The position numbers and the translations under genes were made by a program. This document shows positions 9,629 through 19,774 of a stretch of DNA of 38,013 bases, piece after piece; the first letter of the stretch is position 1, and each line of letters begins with the position of its first letter. The notes beneath the pieces were generated by a model. The model did no database searches, had not been told where the DNA came from, and saw only the letters and a program-made list of their open reading frames with translations. This DNA comes from a virus (Duplodnaviria; Caudoviricetes): positions 1-38,013 of IMG/VR virus record IMGVR_UViG_3300009678_000039; one strand, 5' to 3'.

Positions 9629-11347
9629 CTATAATTGTCTTACGATGAAGTATTGAACAATTGAATCATCCCCTGTTGCCACAGTGGCATCAGTCGGGTC
9701 ATAGGCTGTAATTACAAAGTCAGTAGCTGGTGTGATTACATACCCAAATACACCCAGTTCCGTTGATCCATTTAGATCGCTACGTGATATATAGATCTGG
9801 TCTGCAGCGGCTATATTCGTATTTGCAATTGTTGGGCTGACACCATTAGCTAGTGTAGTAGTACCGATAAAGTCCGTAGCCGCACCACCTTCTACTCGGA
9901 ATTGGGTTGCCGCTGTAGGTAAGGTAAAACTGGTATTACATGTGACAAGACCAGTGCCTGCCATAAGATCAATACCACCAGCTGCACCAGATGCATTAAT
10001 TACAATTGCATCGCCAGCTGATTCAGTAGCCACGATGGATACAGAGCCGCCAGTATTAGTAACGACAATATCTTGGCCTGCTTCGCCTACTGCATCAATA
10101 TCGATACCGCCTGCACTTGCTATGATGCGTACTGCATCGGCTGCATCTTGAGAAGAGGCGATATTAACTTGTAGGGCTCCATCTATATCTACGCCACCAG
10201 CAGCAGCTGTAAGATTGATCGCATCGGCTGTTGCAAGGCCAGCAGTTACTGTGATACCACCAGCTGTTGATACAAGCTCTACAGAAGCAACTCCTGTACC
10301 TTGTGCAGCGGTTACTGTGATTGTTTCAGCAACTCCACCATTAGCAGATAGAGCAATTGCGCCAGCTGCGCTTTCTGTAGAGTTAACTTTAATTGATCCA
10401 CCAACAGAGGATAAGGTCAAATCTTGTCCTGCGCCTGTTACAGTGAAGTTGGACGCAGTTGCGCCATCAACACTAATGCCAGCTGCTGAATCTACAGTGA
10501 CTGCGCCTGCTGCTGCATTACCTACAGCAATAGAGCCCGCTGTTTGTGTCGCACCAATAGAAATTACGTTTGCCCCAGTTCCGCCGACATTAATTGTTTC
10601 AACTACAGCAGCTCCTGTACCTATGTTAATAGTTAGAGCAACTGCGTCATTACCAATTGATATAGCGCCTGCGCTTGAATTTAGCTCCATTACGCCATCT
10701 GAATCCAATAACATGGTGTCATCGGAATTAATTATAATATCACCAGTACTTGCAGTTTGTATTACAATGCCGCCTGTGCCCGCTAGAACGTCGACACTAG
10801 TAGCGCCAGTTGTGTTACCGAAGGTATTGACAGATGCGCCAGTTGTCGCAAGAGTTGTGGCACCTGCGGATGTCAATGTGGTACCAGCAACGATGCCTGT
10901 ACCAGATGTGACAGTCGTACCAGCAGTTATAGTTGTGCCCGATAAAATTGAGGTCGTAGCTTCAATACTACCTGGCGCAATGAATACAGCAGGTATACTA
11001 AAGGTAATAGAACTACCAGCGCCTAATGTCTCGATTTGGCTTGCTGTACCTAAGAGATCGATATTACCAGCAGCTGGGGAGATTGCTCCACCTGCATCAC
11101 CAGTCAATGTATTAAGTGGACCTGTGTTTGTACCACCTAGTACCCATGTCGCAACGCCGGCACTTACGTCTGTTAATATGAAAAAGTCATCGCCGATCTT
11201 GTCGATCCATTCTTGTCCAAGTGGATAACCTGTATCTGATACCGTAGGTGCTCTATTTGCCAGGATTGGTGCTGTTGAATATCCTACGAAATTAGGCTGT
11301 GGCGACCCAGAAAGTGTCTCAGCCTGTGGTCTTAGTTTTTGTGCCAT
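9629..11347 (-). CDS. Tail fibre protein with G/A/T-rich repeats
   Basis: 572 aa with repeated A.DAI.I.A.AGGIDI units; N-terminal LANRAPT.SD..Y.LGQEWI motif; RBS gagg. Confidence 0.75.
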   Translation of the reverse strand: MAQKLRPQAETLSGSPQPNFVGYSTAPILANRAPTVSDTGYPLGQEWIDKIGDDFFILTDVSAGVATWVLGGTNTGPLNTLTGDAGGAISPAAGNIDLLGTASQIETLGAGSSITFSIPAVFIAPGSIEATTSILSGTTITAGTTVTSGTGIVAGTTLTSAGATTLATTGASVNTFGNTTGATSVDVLAGTGGIVIQTASTGDIIINSDDTMLLDSDGVMELNSSAGAISIGNDAVALTINIGTGAAVVETINVGGTGANVISIGATQTAGSIAVGNAAAGAVTVDSAAGISVDGATASNFTVTGAGQDLTLSSVGGSIKVNSTESAAGAIALSANGGVAETITVTAAQGTGVASVELVSTAGGITVTAGLATADAINLTAAAGGVDIDGALQVNIASSQDAADAVRIIASAGGIDIDAVGEAGQDIVVTNTGGSVSIVATESAGDAIVINASGAAGGIDLMAGTGLVTCNTSFTLPTAATQFRVEGGAATDFIGTTTLANGVSPTIANTNIAAADQIYISRSDLNGSTELGVFGYVITPATDFVITAYDPTDATVATGDDSIVQYFIVRQL

Positions 11348-11384
11348 ATAAATTTTGACCTCTACGCCATGTGTTAAAAAAATT

Positions 11385-11415
11385 ATTATATAACACGATG
11401 CGCTAGATATGTCAA
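11385..11415 (-). promoter_or_regulatory. Candidate sigma70 promoter for the tail-fibre operon
   Basis: TTGACA (11415-11410) with TATATA at 17-nt spacing or TATAAT at 19-nt spacing. Confidence 0.5.
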
Positions 11416-11458
11416 AAAATTATTTTAAATTATCATTTTCGTGGCGTTACGAAATAGG

Positions 11459-11487
11459 TTGAGGTAAAAAATCAGAAATGGTATATT
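11459..11487 (+). promoter_or_regulatory. Candidate sigma70 promoter for the moron cassette
   Basis: TTGAGG-17 nt-TATATT with extended -10 TG. Confidence 0.45.
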
Positions 11488-11555
11488 AGTTGGCTTATTG
11501 AGAATGAGATGCTTAAACATTTAGAATTTATTGAAAGATGGTAGGAAGTGATATA

Positions 11556-11819
11556 ATGGAATATATTGAAATTGCAAAGTTAATAGGAGAATCGGGTGGA
11601 GTCCTTGGAATTATATATTTGATAATAAAAGTTGGTAAATTCCTTCAGAAATTTGACAGTTTTGTAATTAGTACTAATGAAAAATTTGCAAAGATTGATA
11701 CACGCATAGATAAAGTTGAAGAAAATTTGACCAAAAGAATTGATAAATTAGAAGACAGAATCTTTTGGATGATGGCAGATAAAAGCTCATTTCATAATGA
11801 AAAAGTGAAAGAGAAATAG
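11556..11819 (+). CDS. Single-TM coiled-coil protein (moron)
   Basis: N-terminal TM, then KIDTRIDKVEENLTKRIDKLEDRI. Start at 11538 or 11556 (aggaag precedes 11556). Confidence 0.7.
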   Translation: MEYIEIAKLIGESGGVLGIIYLIIKVGKFLQKFDSFVISTNEKFAKIDTRIDKVEENLTKRIDKLEDRIFWMMADKSSFHNEKVKEK

Positions 11820-11826
11820 AGAGAAT

Positions 11827-12003
11827 ATGAGTATAGCAGCACAAGCAATAATTTTGGTTTTAATTGGATTTACCGTTGGAATTTTTGTAGTAACTGGATT
11901 AATTATTGGTTGCCCACAGATTTTGTTACTAGGATTAGTGCCAATTATTATAGGAATTTTCTCTAAAAATAAACCTGATGAATGGAGAGGGAATGATTAT
12001 TGA
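11827..12003 (+). CDS. 58-aa two-TM hairpin membrane protein (not in the ORF track)
   Basis: MSIAAQAIILVLIGFTVGIFVVTGLIIGCPQILLLGLVPIIIGIFSKNKPDEWRGNDY; starts 7 nt after the previous stop. Confidence 0.6.
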   Translation: MSIAAQAIILVLIGFTVGIFVVTGLIIGCPQILLLGLVPIIIGIFSKNKPDEWRGNDY

Positions 12004-13316
12004 GCTACGAATTGCTCATAATATGAATCGTCTTTTTCTTGAGTACCATTTGAAATTAGTTTATTAGGTTTTTCTTCTTTCATTGATTTTTTAACACCAG
12101 ACTCGAGTTTATCTAAATATTTTAAAGCTAAAGGGGCGTTTCCTTTTAGTGAATTTTGGACAACTTGTGTGTAGTATCGCTTTAATTCTTGGCTTTTATA
12201 TATATGTTGTACTATTTGAGATGCTTTAGAAAAACCATATGTCCCAATAGCCCCACTTATAGTCTTTGGAAGACCTACTCCTAATCCAAATAATGTTCCT
12301 GTTACATATCCAGATGGTGTTTTTAGATGTTTTTTTAAAAATGTAGATACTTGTTGACTATTTTCGAGAGTACCATGGGCTAAATCAGCAGATGTATGGG
12401 CATTATAAAATTCAGGATTTTCAATCCCATATACCTCGATAGAATTATCTACAGCATCAGCTATTTCATTAAATAATTGACGATCATCTTTTGATGCAGC
12501 ATATTGAGTGCGATTATCATTTATTTTTCTTTTAGCGGCTGTTAACTCATTAATTTCAATATTACCATCATCAATTCGATTTCTTAAACTTCTGGAATAT
12601 TCTTTAACCTTTTCACTCGCTTGACTCGTACCGCCTTTAGCAGCTTTTTGTTCAACTGCATGTAATCTTCTTAATAAAGTATCCGCTTTTGTCGAAGCGC
12701 CTTGTGGCAATAATGCATCACGTTTCTCATATAATTGAGATTTGTAAGCTTTTACTCCTCCTGGATTTATTGAACCCAATAGAAACATAGTTCCTAGCTT
12801 GGCATATCCTTGTGCTTTTTCACCTCCACCTAATTTCTTAACCACTTGAGATGCTATATTGCCCCCTGCTGCCACACCAAGACTTCTAAGTACACCCATT
12901 CCACCAGGCAACACGAATAGTGGTGTAGCATCACTAATAATATTGCCACCGAGTTCTTCCCATTCCCCACGTGGCGCTGTATATCCTTTAGTGAATTTTT
13001 CACTACGTTTACGCAATTCAGCAGATGTTGGAATGCTTTTACTACGAATAGCAGCTTGTTCTTCTGTTTCATGTAAATATGGGATTTCTTTGCCTGCTAC
13101 TTTTTCTGCTCCAGCGGTAATTAAACCACGGAGACCTTGTCGAATATCTCCAGATAAACCTAAGACTGTTTCGCCGGCACGAGATGCATATTGAGTAGCT
13201 ATTCTAGGGATATCTTTTGCTGTAGTTGGTTCATTAGAATAATATTGCTTTTGATCAGGTGTTGCAAATTGTTCGTAATAGGCATTGTCTTTTTCTATTT
13301 GATTATTGGGATTCAT
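11997..13316 (-). CDS. Putative internal virion/DNA ejection protein
   Basis: 439-aa helical protein with G-rich hydrophobic stretches; third of a trio after the nozzle gene, as in P22/T7-like podoviruses. Confidence 0.6.
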   Translation of the reverse strand: MNPNNQIEKDNAYYEQFATPDQKQYYSNEPTTAKDIPRIATQYASRAGETVLGLSGDIRQGLRGLITAGAEKVAGKEIPYLHETEEQAAIRSKSIPTSAELRKRSEKFTKGYTAPRGEWEELGGNIISDATPLFVLPGGMGVLRSLGVAAGGNIASQVVKKLGGGEKAQGYAKLGTMFLLGSINPGGVKAYKSQLYEKRDALLPQGASTKADTLLRRLHAVEQKAAKGGTSQASEKVKEYSRSLRNRIDDGNIEINELTAAKRKINDNRTQYAASKDDRQLFNEIADAVDNSIEVYGIENPEFYNAHTSADLAHGTLENSQQVSTFLKKHLKTPSGYVTGTLFGLGVGLPKTISGAIGTYGFSKASQIVQHIYKSQELKRYYTQVVQNSLKGNAPLALKYLDKLESGVKKSMKEEKPNKLISNGTQEKDDSYYEQFVAQ

Positions 13317-14514
13317 TTGTATTAAATCCCTTTAAAATGGCACCTTGAACATCCATTACAGGAATATTATAAGCCTTACCATTTTTGAACATGCGTAATG
13401 GTTTATAGCGCGTAATTTGTTCGGCAAATTGATCAGCTCTGCGTTCTATTTCTTCCTGTGCTTGTTCAACAACTTCTTCACGTAAATTAATTGGTAAATT
13501 TGTTCCTTTTTCCGATAAATCCATGTAGGTATCGAATGTAATCTTTCTAGATTCATTTAGATTTTGTAAGTCTCTAATTACACGTTGACGACCTTCTTTT
13601 GAATTCAATAAAGATGGGATTGATTTAGCATAATTTTCTACTTCCAATTGATTTAATCGAGTACCATAAACAGATTGAATATCACTCATTAATTGTTGTG
13701 TTAACTTTTCGAATTCTTCAGAACTAGGATTACTTAGGAATCCAATTGGAAGATCTAATTTTTTCAATAATGTAGCCATAAATGGAGTAGTCAATTCTTC
13801 TTTATCATTCAAATTTTCCATTTGACGAAGAACGTTTTTCTTTTGAGTATATTGTTCTCTTCCTCTAAGGACTTCAGCTTTAAATTCCTTATTGGCCTCT
13901 AATCCTAATTTACGTTCTTCATTGAATTGTTTTAGTAATTCTCTTCGATCTTCTGGAGCAGCATCTTGAATAACTTTCATGAATTGTTCTTGACGCTGTT
14001 TTGCTGTTATCTTTGGTGGTTTAATAGGTTGTTGGCCTTGTTGCGCTTGCTGTGGAGATAATTGCTGAGGTTGTTGTGGCTGCATTTGTTGCGCTTGATC
14101 AGGAAACTGAGTGCCTGGTGCTGCTTGCATTTGGGGTACTTGTTGTGGGGCTTGTTGCATTGGTTGATTACCACCAAAACCAGGCTGTCCAAATTGATCT
14201 ACTCCTGATCCATATAATGTATTTAATCCCTGTGCATATGCGGCTTTTTGGGCCTCTTTCTGTGGCCGTTGGATAAGATCGTTAGCAAATGCCGCTTGTA
14301 AGTTCGGTGGCAACTTAGATAGAGCTCTTGGATCTCTCGTTTCTAGAAAATTGGCAATTGCTTCGCCTTGCGTTACTTGCTTTTTTTGTTCAAGCATCTT
14401 TTGTATTTGCGAACTCATGCCTTCTTCAAAGCCACCGCCTAGACCAGTGCCCAAAGCTTCCGCAATATGTGACCAAGAAGATTTATCTGGCTGTTGTTGG
14501 AAGAAATGTACCAT
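13303..14514 (-). CDS. Putative internal virion/DNA ejection protein, Q/P-rich
   Basis: 403 aa; N-terminal ALGTGLGGGF and a Q/P-rich linker; gene position. Confidence 0.6.
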   Translation of the reverse strand: MVHFFQQQPDKSSWSHIAEALGTGLGGGFEEGMSSQIQKMLEQKKQVTQGEAIANFLETRDPRALSKLPPNLQAAFANDLIQRPQKEAQKAAYAQGLNTLYGSGVDQFGQPGFGGNQPMQQAPQQVPQMQAAPGTQFPDQAQQMQPQQPQQLSPQQAQQGQQPIKPPKITAKQRQEQFMKVIQDAAPEDRRELLKQFNEERKLGLEANKEFKAEVLRGREQYTQKKNVLRQMENLNDKEELTTPFMATLLKKLDLPIGFLSNPSSEEFEKLTQQLMSDIQSVYGTRLNQLEVENYAKSIPSLLNSKEGRQRVIRDLQNLNESRKITFDTYMDLSEKGTNLPINLREEVVEQAQEEIERRADQFAEQITRYKPLRMFKNGKAYNIPVMDVQGAILKGFNTNESQ

Positions 14515-14520
14515 AGAATA

Positions 14521-15237
14521 TTACTCCTCATCTCCAAATCCTTTAGCGAATCTCTCTCCCAATCCAGTTCCAATACCTTTAAATATTCCACCTGTAATTG
14601 GCGCAAAACTAGAGGCCCAAGCACTTGGTTGTTGTGGTGGAGGTAGACCGATACCTGCGTATTTTTCCTGCCTTTGGAAGTTTGGATGAAATGCAGTTGA
14701 TAACAATCCCTGTGCTTGTTCACCTGGCGCTAAAGCAAATGGCAATGCGCTAGATAAGCCCTGCATTTGGAGACCAGATCTAAGGGAGGCCAGGCGTTCG
14801 GATAGACCAGCACCTGCTTGTGCTAGTGCTTGATTAAATCCAGATGATTTCTGCGCGTCTAAAGCTGAAAATCTTTCGGCAAGCTGAGGCACAACTTCTT
14901 CTTGGAATTGACGCTTATATGGTGCTTCAAATGCAGAGAATGCGCTACCTGATGGATCATATAATTGCTGTAAGAATCGATTAGCGCCTTGATATGTCGG
15001 AGACGCGCCAACGCCACCCCCATATTGTTTTTCCAACATCTGACTAAGGCGTTGTTGCAACTTCTTCTGACGCTTATCTAAAGTCTCGTATTTCTTGTAC
15101 TTTGCCTTGATCTTTTGCACGCCGCGATTAGGGTGCTTCTCACGTCTTCGACGTTCTTTTTTTTCAGATCTATGCCCAAGAAATCCTGAAAGGGCGCCTG
15201 CTCCAAGTGCTGCAGCTCCAAGCCAAGGGAATGGCAT
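14521..15237 (-). CDS. Putative DNA ejection/pilot protein (P22 gp7-like position)
   Basis: N-terminal PWLGAAALGAGALSGFLG, Q/A/G-rich body and G-rich C-terminus. Confidence 0.65.
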   Translation of the reverse strand: MPFPWLGAAALGAGALSGFLGHRSEKKERRRREKHPNRGVQKIKAKYKKYETLDKRQKKLQQRLSQMLEKQYGGGVGASPTYQGANRFLQQLYDPSGSAFSAFEAPYKRQFQEEVVPQLAERFSALDAQKSSGFNQALAQAGAGLSERLASLRSGLQMQGLSSALPFALAPGEQAQGLLSTAFHPNFQRQEKYAGIGLPPPQQPSAWASSFAPITGGIFKGIGTGLGERFAKGFGDEE

Positions 15238-15299
15238 AATTTCACCTATTATAGTTTCTTTCTATCGTAGCATTAAAAAAATTTGTTTACAATAGTCGT

Positions 15300-15788
15300 T
15301 TAAGACCTTAGGTATTCTAAAATAATCAGCCCACTTGTGATATTAGGCCCCGCTGCCCCATTGATTACATTGATATTGACCGCATCTACATTGATCTCGA
15401 TCTGCTGATTGGCAGCAGCTGCAGATGCATATGGTATTGGCCTATTATCCACTACATCAGTAATACAAGTGCCATAGATATGGGTATATACCGTAGCGCC
15501 AACAATACCATGGGCAACAGCTGTAGTAGCGCCAGCTGCTGTTGCTGGCAAGACAAAGGTCTTGCGGTACCCAAAGCGCTTTGTTTGCGCTGTGCCCGTT
15601 GTAAAGAATTGCTGGCCATTTAATAGTTCTACTGTTTCAAATTGAGATATTTCACGGATATTAACAGCATTGGCTATGTCAATATAGTTCTGTGTCAAAT
15701 TGAATAATAACTGACTAGGATCTTGAGAGAAGACCTGGCTTGTTGGTAAAAAAGCGTTTCGGCTATTTGTTGGTAGAAATGTTGACAT
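15300..15788 (-). CDS. Putative virion structural protein
   Basis: 162 aa, starting right after the nozzle gene stop. Confidence 0.65.
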   Translation of the reverse strand: MSTFLPTNSRNAFLPTSQVFSQDPSQLLFNLTQNYIDIANAVNIREISQFETVELLNGQQFFTTGTAQTKRFGYRKTFVLPATAAGATTAVAHGIVGATVYTHIYGTCITDVVDNRPIPYASAAAANQQIEINVDAVNINVINGAAGPNITSGLIILEYLRS

Positions 15789-15789
15789 A

Positions 15790-18117
15790 TTACTGCGTCA
15801 TTCGTGCATTGTTTGATAAATATAAGGTCATAGCATGTAATACAAAATCAGATGAATTGATATTAGTATCTGACATCTGTCGATTACTCAAAAAGAACTT
15901 TAATTGGAAATTCTGACAAACAACTGATGTAAAGAATCGTTGCCAAATTTTATCTTGAGCTTCTTGAAATGGTATTTGTGGATTTGATTTTGTATTAACA
16001 ACATTTGTTCCTAAAATGCCATCATTTCCAGGGCTATCGGGATCTGATAAAGATGTGCTATCATCTTCATTGATGAATAAATCGATACTGATTTCTCCAT
16101 CCTCTGTATTTTCTAATAGAAAATCAATATAAGGAAGCCTACATTGCTGTGCTATTTCGTAATAAGGAGCAAATACTTTAGTGTGTAAATTTATGTTGTT
16201 TATAGGAATAAGTTCACCACCACCGAAATATGTACCTCCAGCAGGTAAGTTTACATTATCCATTTGACCAGTCGTAGTATTATATTGCTGTAAGCTTATA
16301 GTATCCGCATCAATTCGAGTGATACCGAAAATTCCATCATTCAATGTATTTGGATTAGTACTGCCAGCACCTGTTCCGATTATATTCTCAACTTGTACGA
16401 AGTTGAGATCAATATCATCTAAATTATGATTTATCACAGTTAATTGTACTGGATTGCCTGGAATTATCGCTGAAATATATAATGATCTGTCATTGTATGG
16501 ATGTTGATTCAATATAGAAACATAACCTTCTTGATTACCACCAACAATATTTGGATAAGAAGTTGATTGTTGTGGAGAGCCCCAAGGTACATTCCAGCTA
16601 TCCCAAGTTGCATAGGGAAGAGTCGCCCATGTATAATCAGTAGGTAATGTAAAATATCCAAATGCAGTAAAGCTATCATTAAATAGCGCATATGAATTGT
16701 TCACATAATTGTATACAAGAATCTTATTTGGGAATTTTATATCAGGTGCTGATCCGCTATCATCTGGATAGGCCCATAAAGCAAGTTGTTGTGCAAAGTC
16801 TCGAATGCCATAAACTCTCTGGTCTCCAAAATTATCCGAGTTAAATTTGAATACTTGATTAGGAATAACCTGATCAATTCTTTCTACGTTAACGCTATCG
16901 TCTGTTGTAATACCAGTGGTACCAACTGTAAAGATACCGCGATCAAAAGGAACATTACTAAAAGTTGATTGCGCTCCAAGTTCAGTATTAATCTTTTGCC
17001 AAACAAATGGTAATGTTTCATTACCAGTATATAAGATCTTCCAAGAAGACTGTCTGAATTTAACAACCAATGTATCTTTAATAAATTCTGTGCTGACAAT
17101 TGGTTCATTAGTTGGAGCATCAATAAAACCACCACGGCCCACAATATCATCACGCCATCCATTTACTTGATCTGTTGGATCACCATTTTGAGAGAATCGT
17201 AATCGCTGCGGAAATTGAGTAGATGCGGCTAATGTCGCCCCTTCATATGTATTGAATGCAAGTAATCTATTCTTATAAGGCAATAATATCAATGCTTGAT
17301 GAAGCTCATTACCACCATTAATTGTCGGAGCAAATGTTGTCCAAGTTGTCCCATCATAATAACGAATTGGATCGGGAGTTCCTGATTTGTTGAAATTTGT
17401 CGTCCAGAATAAATTATTATTCGTTAATAAATAATAGTTCGTTGTCCAGAATAGGTTATGATCTGCACCCTGCCAAGTAGTTGGTGCGGTTGATGGTAAC
17501 TCTTGAAATAATCCAGTACCATTGACAAATTGATAAGCGTATTTTGTATCAAAAGCATCTAGTTCTGTATCTGTATTCGTTAAAATTTGACGTGTTGGTA
17601 ATCCCATGACAGGAAGTCCTGGATAATAGGCACCTGTAAAGGTAGCGGCTGATACACCAGCAGCCCCAGAAAACGTGATTGATAGTACCCCCGTCGCGTA
17701 GTTAATTGTGGCAGCAGTGATGGGCCCTGCGCCCACAACTGTCATGGTCTGTGTCCCTGTGGCATTGGTTAGCGATTGGCTGATTGGAGCGCCTATAGCG
17801 ATTGTAATAGGGGTAAGAGAGCCCAATTCGATATTGGCATTTGGTTCGGTCACTAGTAACCCTAGGCCAGTGAATATATTAAAGTCGAATGTACCAGCGC
17901 CAGCTGCTGTTATATTGCCCATTGCAATTGTAGTTAAAGAGCGTCTTAGTCTACCGAGAAATGTATATCCTTGGCGACGTCTAATGCGCCCACGCCATGC
18001 ATAACAGTCTTCCATAACGGGGAATGCTTTTTCTGGGGCTAAGAATGGCTCAAAATAGGTAAATAATCCTGTGTCATTTTCGTAAGAAGAGATGTAATGA
18101 GGCACATACGCAGACAT
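15790..18117 (-). CDS. Tail nozzle/packaged-DNA stabilisation protein (P22 gp10/T7 gp12-like)
   Basis: 775 aa from ATG 18117 (MSAYVPH); beta-propeller-like motifs YKNRLLAFN..QRLRFSQNGDP; position after the adaptor. Confidence 0.7.
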   Translation of the reverse strand: MSAYVPHYISSYENDTGLFTYFEPFLAPEKAFPVMEDCYAWRGRIRRRQGYTFLGRLRRSLTTIAMGNITAAGAGTFDFNIFTGLGLLVTEPNANIELGSLTPITIAIGAPISQSLTNATGTQTMTVVGAGPITAATINYATGVLSITFSGAAGVSAATFTGAYYPGLPVMGLPTRQILTNTDTELDAFDTKYAYQFVNGTGLFQELPSTAPTTWQGADHNLFWTTNYYLLTNNNLFWTTNFNKSGTPDPIRYYDGTTWTTFAPTINGGNELHQALILLPYKNRLLAFNTYEGATLAASTQFPQRLRFSQNGDPTDQVNGWRDDIVGRGGFIDAPTNEPIVSTEFIKDTLVVKFRQSSWKILYTGNETLPFVWQKINTELGAQSTFSNVPFDRGIFTVGTTGITTDDSVNVERIDQVIPNQVFKFNSDNFGDQRVYGIRDFAQQLALWAYPDDSGSAPDIKFPNKILVYNYVNNSYALFNDSFTAFGYFTLPTDYTWATLPYATWDSWNVPWGSPQQSTSYPNIVGGNQEGYVSILNQHPYNDRSLYISAIIPGNPVQLTVINHNLDDIDLNFVQVENIIGTGAGSTNPNTLNDGIFGITRIDADTISLQQYNTTTGQMDNVNLPAGGTYFGGGELIPINNINLHTKVFAPYYEIAQQCRLPYIDFLLENTEDGEISIDLFINEDDSTSLSDPDSPGNDGILGTNVVNTKSNPQIPFQEAQDKIWQRFFTSVVCQNFQLKFFLSNRQMSDTNINSSDFVLHAMTLYLSNNARMTQ

Positions 18118-18118
18118 G

Positions 18119-18679
18119 TTAAAACCCAATTGCAATAAAGTAGCAGTTTGCGGCTGGATTACTAGAAAAGCCGGTAAAGCCAAGATTCGTAACGGCAGCC
18201 ACCGATAATCCAATATTAGCCGATCCAGCGCCCTCTGTTTGTGCAACAATAGCAGGTGCTGCTGTAAATGGAACGGCGAATACAAAGGCAGTACCTGCAT
18301 TACTAAAGGCCACAAGGGATGATGTGTAGTTGATAATTAAGCCAGATGCAGCACGGAAGCCTGTCATGCCACCAGCTACTGTTGTTGTAGCGCCTGTGAT
18401 CTGGAATACCGATGTCGAATTGGCAAAGAATGCCTGTGCAACACCAGCTACTGTTTTAGTATAAATTTGGCCAACTGTGCCAGCTAATACGGGATCTCCA
18501 ACCGATACAATTGGAAAGGTCACTTTGCGATGTAGTCCACGATTGGCAACCGTTGCATCATTCCATGCTACGTGGTCATCGTTGAAGATGGTATTTAATT
18601 GCTGGAAATTAATCAGAAGCTGACCTTGTGATGCACTAGGTCTATCTGTTGCTTGTGGAATATTTGGATTGAAACTCAT
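18119..18679 (-). CDS. Small tail fibre-like structural protein
   Basis: N-terminal FNPNIPQATD; C-terminal SGLII...F.VPF..AP.I...GFT...YFIAIGF typical of fibre tips. Confidence 0.65.
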   Translation of the reverse strand: MSFNPNIPQATDRPSASQGQLLINFQQLNTIFNDDHVAWNDATVANRGLHRKVTFPIVSVGDPVLAGTVGQIYTKTVAGVAQAFFANSTSVFQITGATTTVAGGMTGFRAASGLIINYTSSLVAFSNAGTAFVFAVPFTAAPAIVAQTEGAGSANIGLSVAAVTNLGFTGFSSNPAANCYFIAIGF

Positions 18680-18694
18680 ATAAATATCCTTAAA

Positions 18695-19771
18695 TTATGT
18701 GGTACCAAAAAGGTTGCCAAAACCATATTGATTTGGCCCTGATTGTTCTGTATAAATTGTGGCTGTTCTTTCGCTTGTTTGTTGTACAATAGAGCGCCTC
18801 ATTACAAGCTTCATTTGCTCTTCTAATAGTGGTCTAAATTTCTGTAAGTTTTCCATATCGCCACTATCAGCAAATATCTTATCCGCTGCGCCATAGGCCA
18901 ACAACTGCCACCACTCTTTGACTTGTGGTACGGTAGCCACTTCCCCTTGTGTTGGATCTGCGTTAAGCGCAACAGGGTATTTATAGGCTTCAAAGGACAC
19001 GGTATAGGCTTGATCTGGCACTGGATATAAGATCATCTGATCTTGGAAGAAGACAACCGATTGAGGCCTCGATGCGACATATGGTATGTACTGCACATTG
19101 ATCGGATTGCCCGTGTCAACAGCTTGCACAAAGCCTGTGCTATTGATGTTGATGGCGCCTGTTAAATAGTTGATTGTACCGCGTACAACTGGCAGCGATG
19201 GCGGAGTTGCTGGATCAGTTGGGGATATGAGACTACCACGGCCATCATCGACAAGAGTGGTTGATTCGCCAGTTGCATCGACACCAGATACCACGACGTT
19301 CCAGTTTATAAATTTTGCTTGACATGGGGTAGCCGAAAAAGCACCAGGTGGATTTGGCTGAAACCCCTGTAAGATTGGAGTATTGGTTAGAAATTGGCCA
19401 GTGTAAGGACCTGTTGTGTTGTTACCAGTGTATACCGATCGCTGTAGAAAATTAAGCTGTTGATTAATGCGGAAAAAGTTCTCGCGGGATTGAGTCATAT
19501 AGGACTGATAACCTGCGATAAATACAGGCGGCATATCAGTTAAATAAAGATCCGTAGGAAAGTCATATACAGCGACATTAGTCTCGGTGACAAATTGATA
19601 ATTAACACGTAACGACTCCATCTTTAAGTGTTCTGGCATGTCATAAATATAGAACGTATTTATGTACCGTAGGATCTCGATATCAGATATCTGATTAGTG
19701 CTAGGACGGCCAGTAATGCGCCTTACTTTTGTTATGATATCTGTTAATGTATTTGGTAGTGGACTTGTCAT
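18695..19771 (-). CDS. Head-tail adaptor protein
   Basis: TLTDIITKVRR N-terminus, LYPVPDQAYTV and WQLLAYGAA motifs typical of podovirus adaptors. Confidence 0.7.
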   Translation of the reverse strand: MTSPLPNTLTDIITKVRRITGRPSTNQISDIEILRYINTFYIYDMPEHLKMESLRVNYQFVTETNVAVYDFPTDLYLTDMPPVFIAGYQSYMTQSRENFFRINQQLNFLQRSVYTGNNTTGPYTGQFLTNTPILQGFQPNPPGAFSATPCQAKFINWNVVVSGVDATGESTTLVDDGRGSLISPTDPATPPSLPVVRGTINYLTGAININSTGFVQAVDTGNPINVQYIPYVASRPQSVVFFQDQMILYPVPDQAYTVSFEAYKYPVALNADPTQGEVATVPQVKEWWQLLAYGAADKIFADSGDMENLQKFRPLLEEQMKLVMRRSIVQQTSERTATIYTEQSGPNQYGFGNLFGTT

Positions 19772-19774
19772 GTG

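Noticed and set aside
7917-11228. Long plus-strand ORFs 7917..8573 and 10215..11228, and similar antisense ORFs across the structural genes
   Set aside because: Shadows of G/A/T-rich minus-strand fibre genes; no RBS or recognisable motifs.
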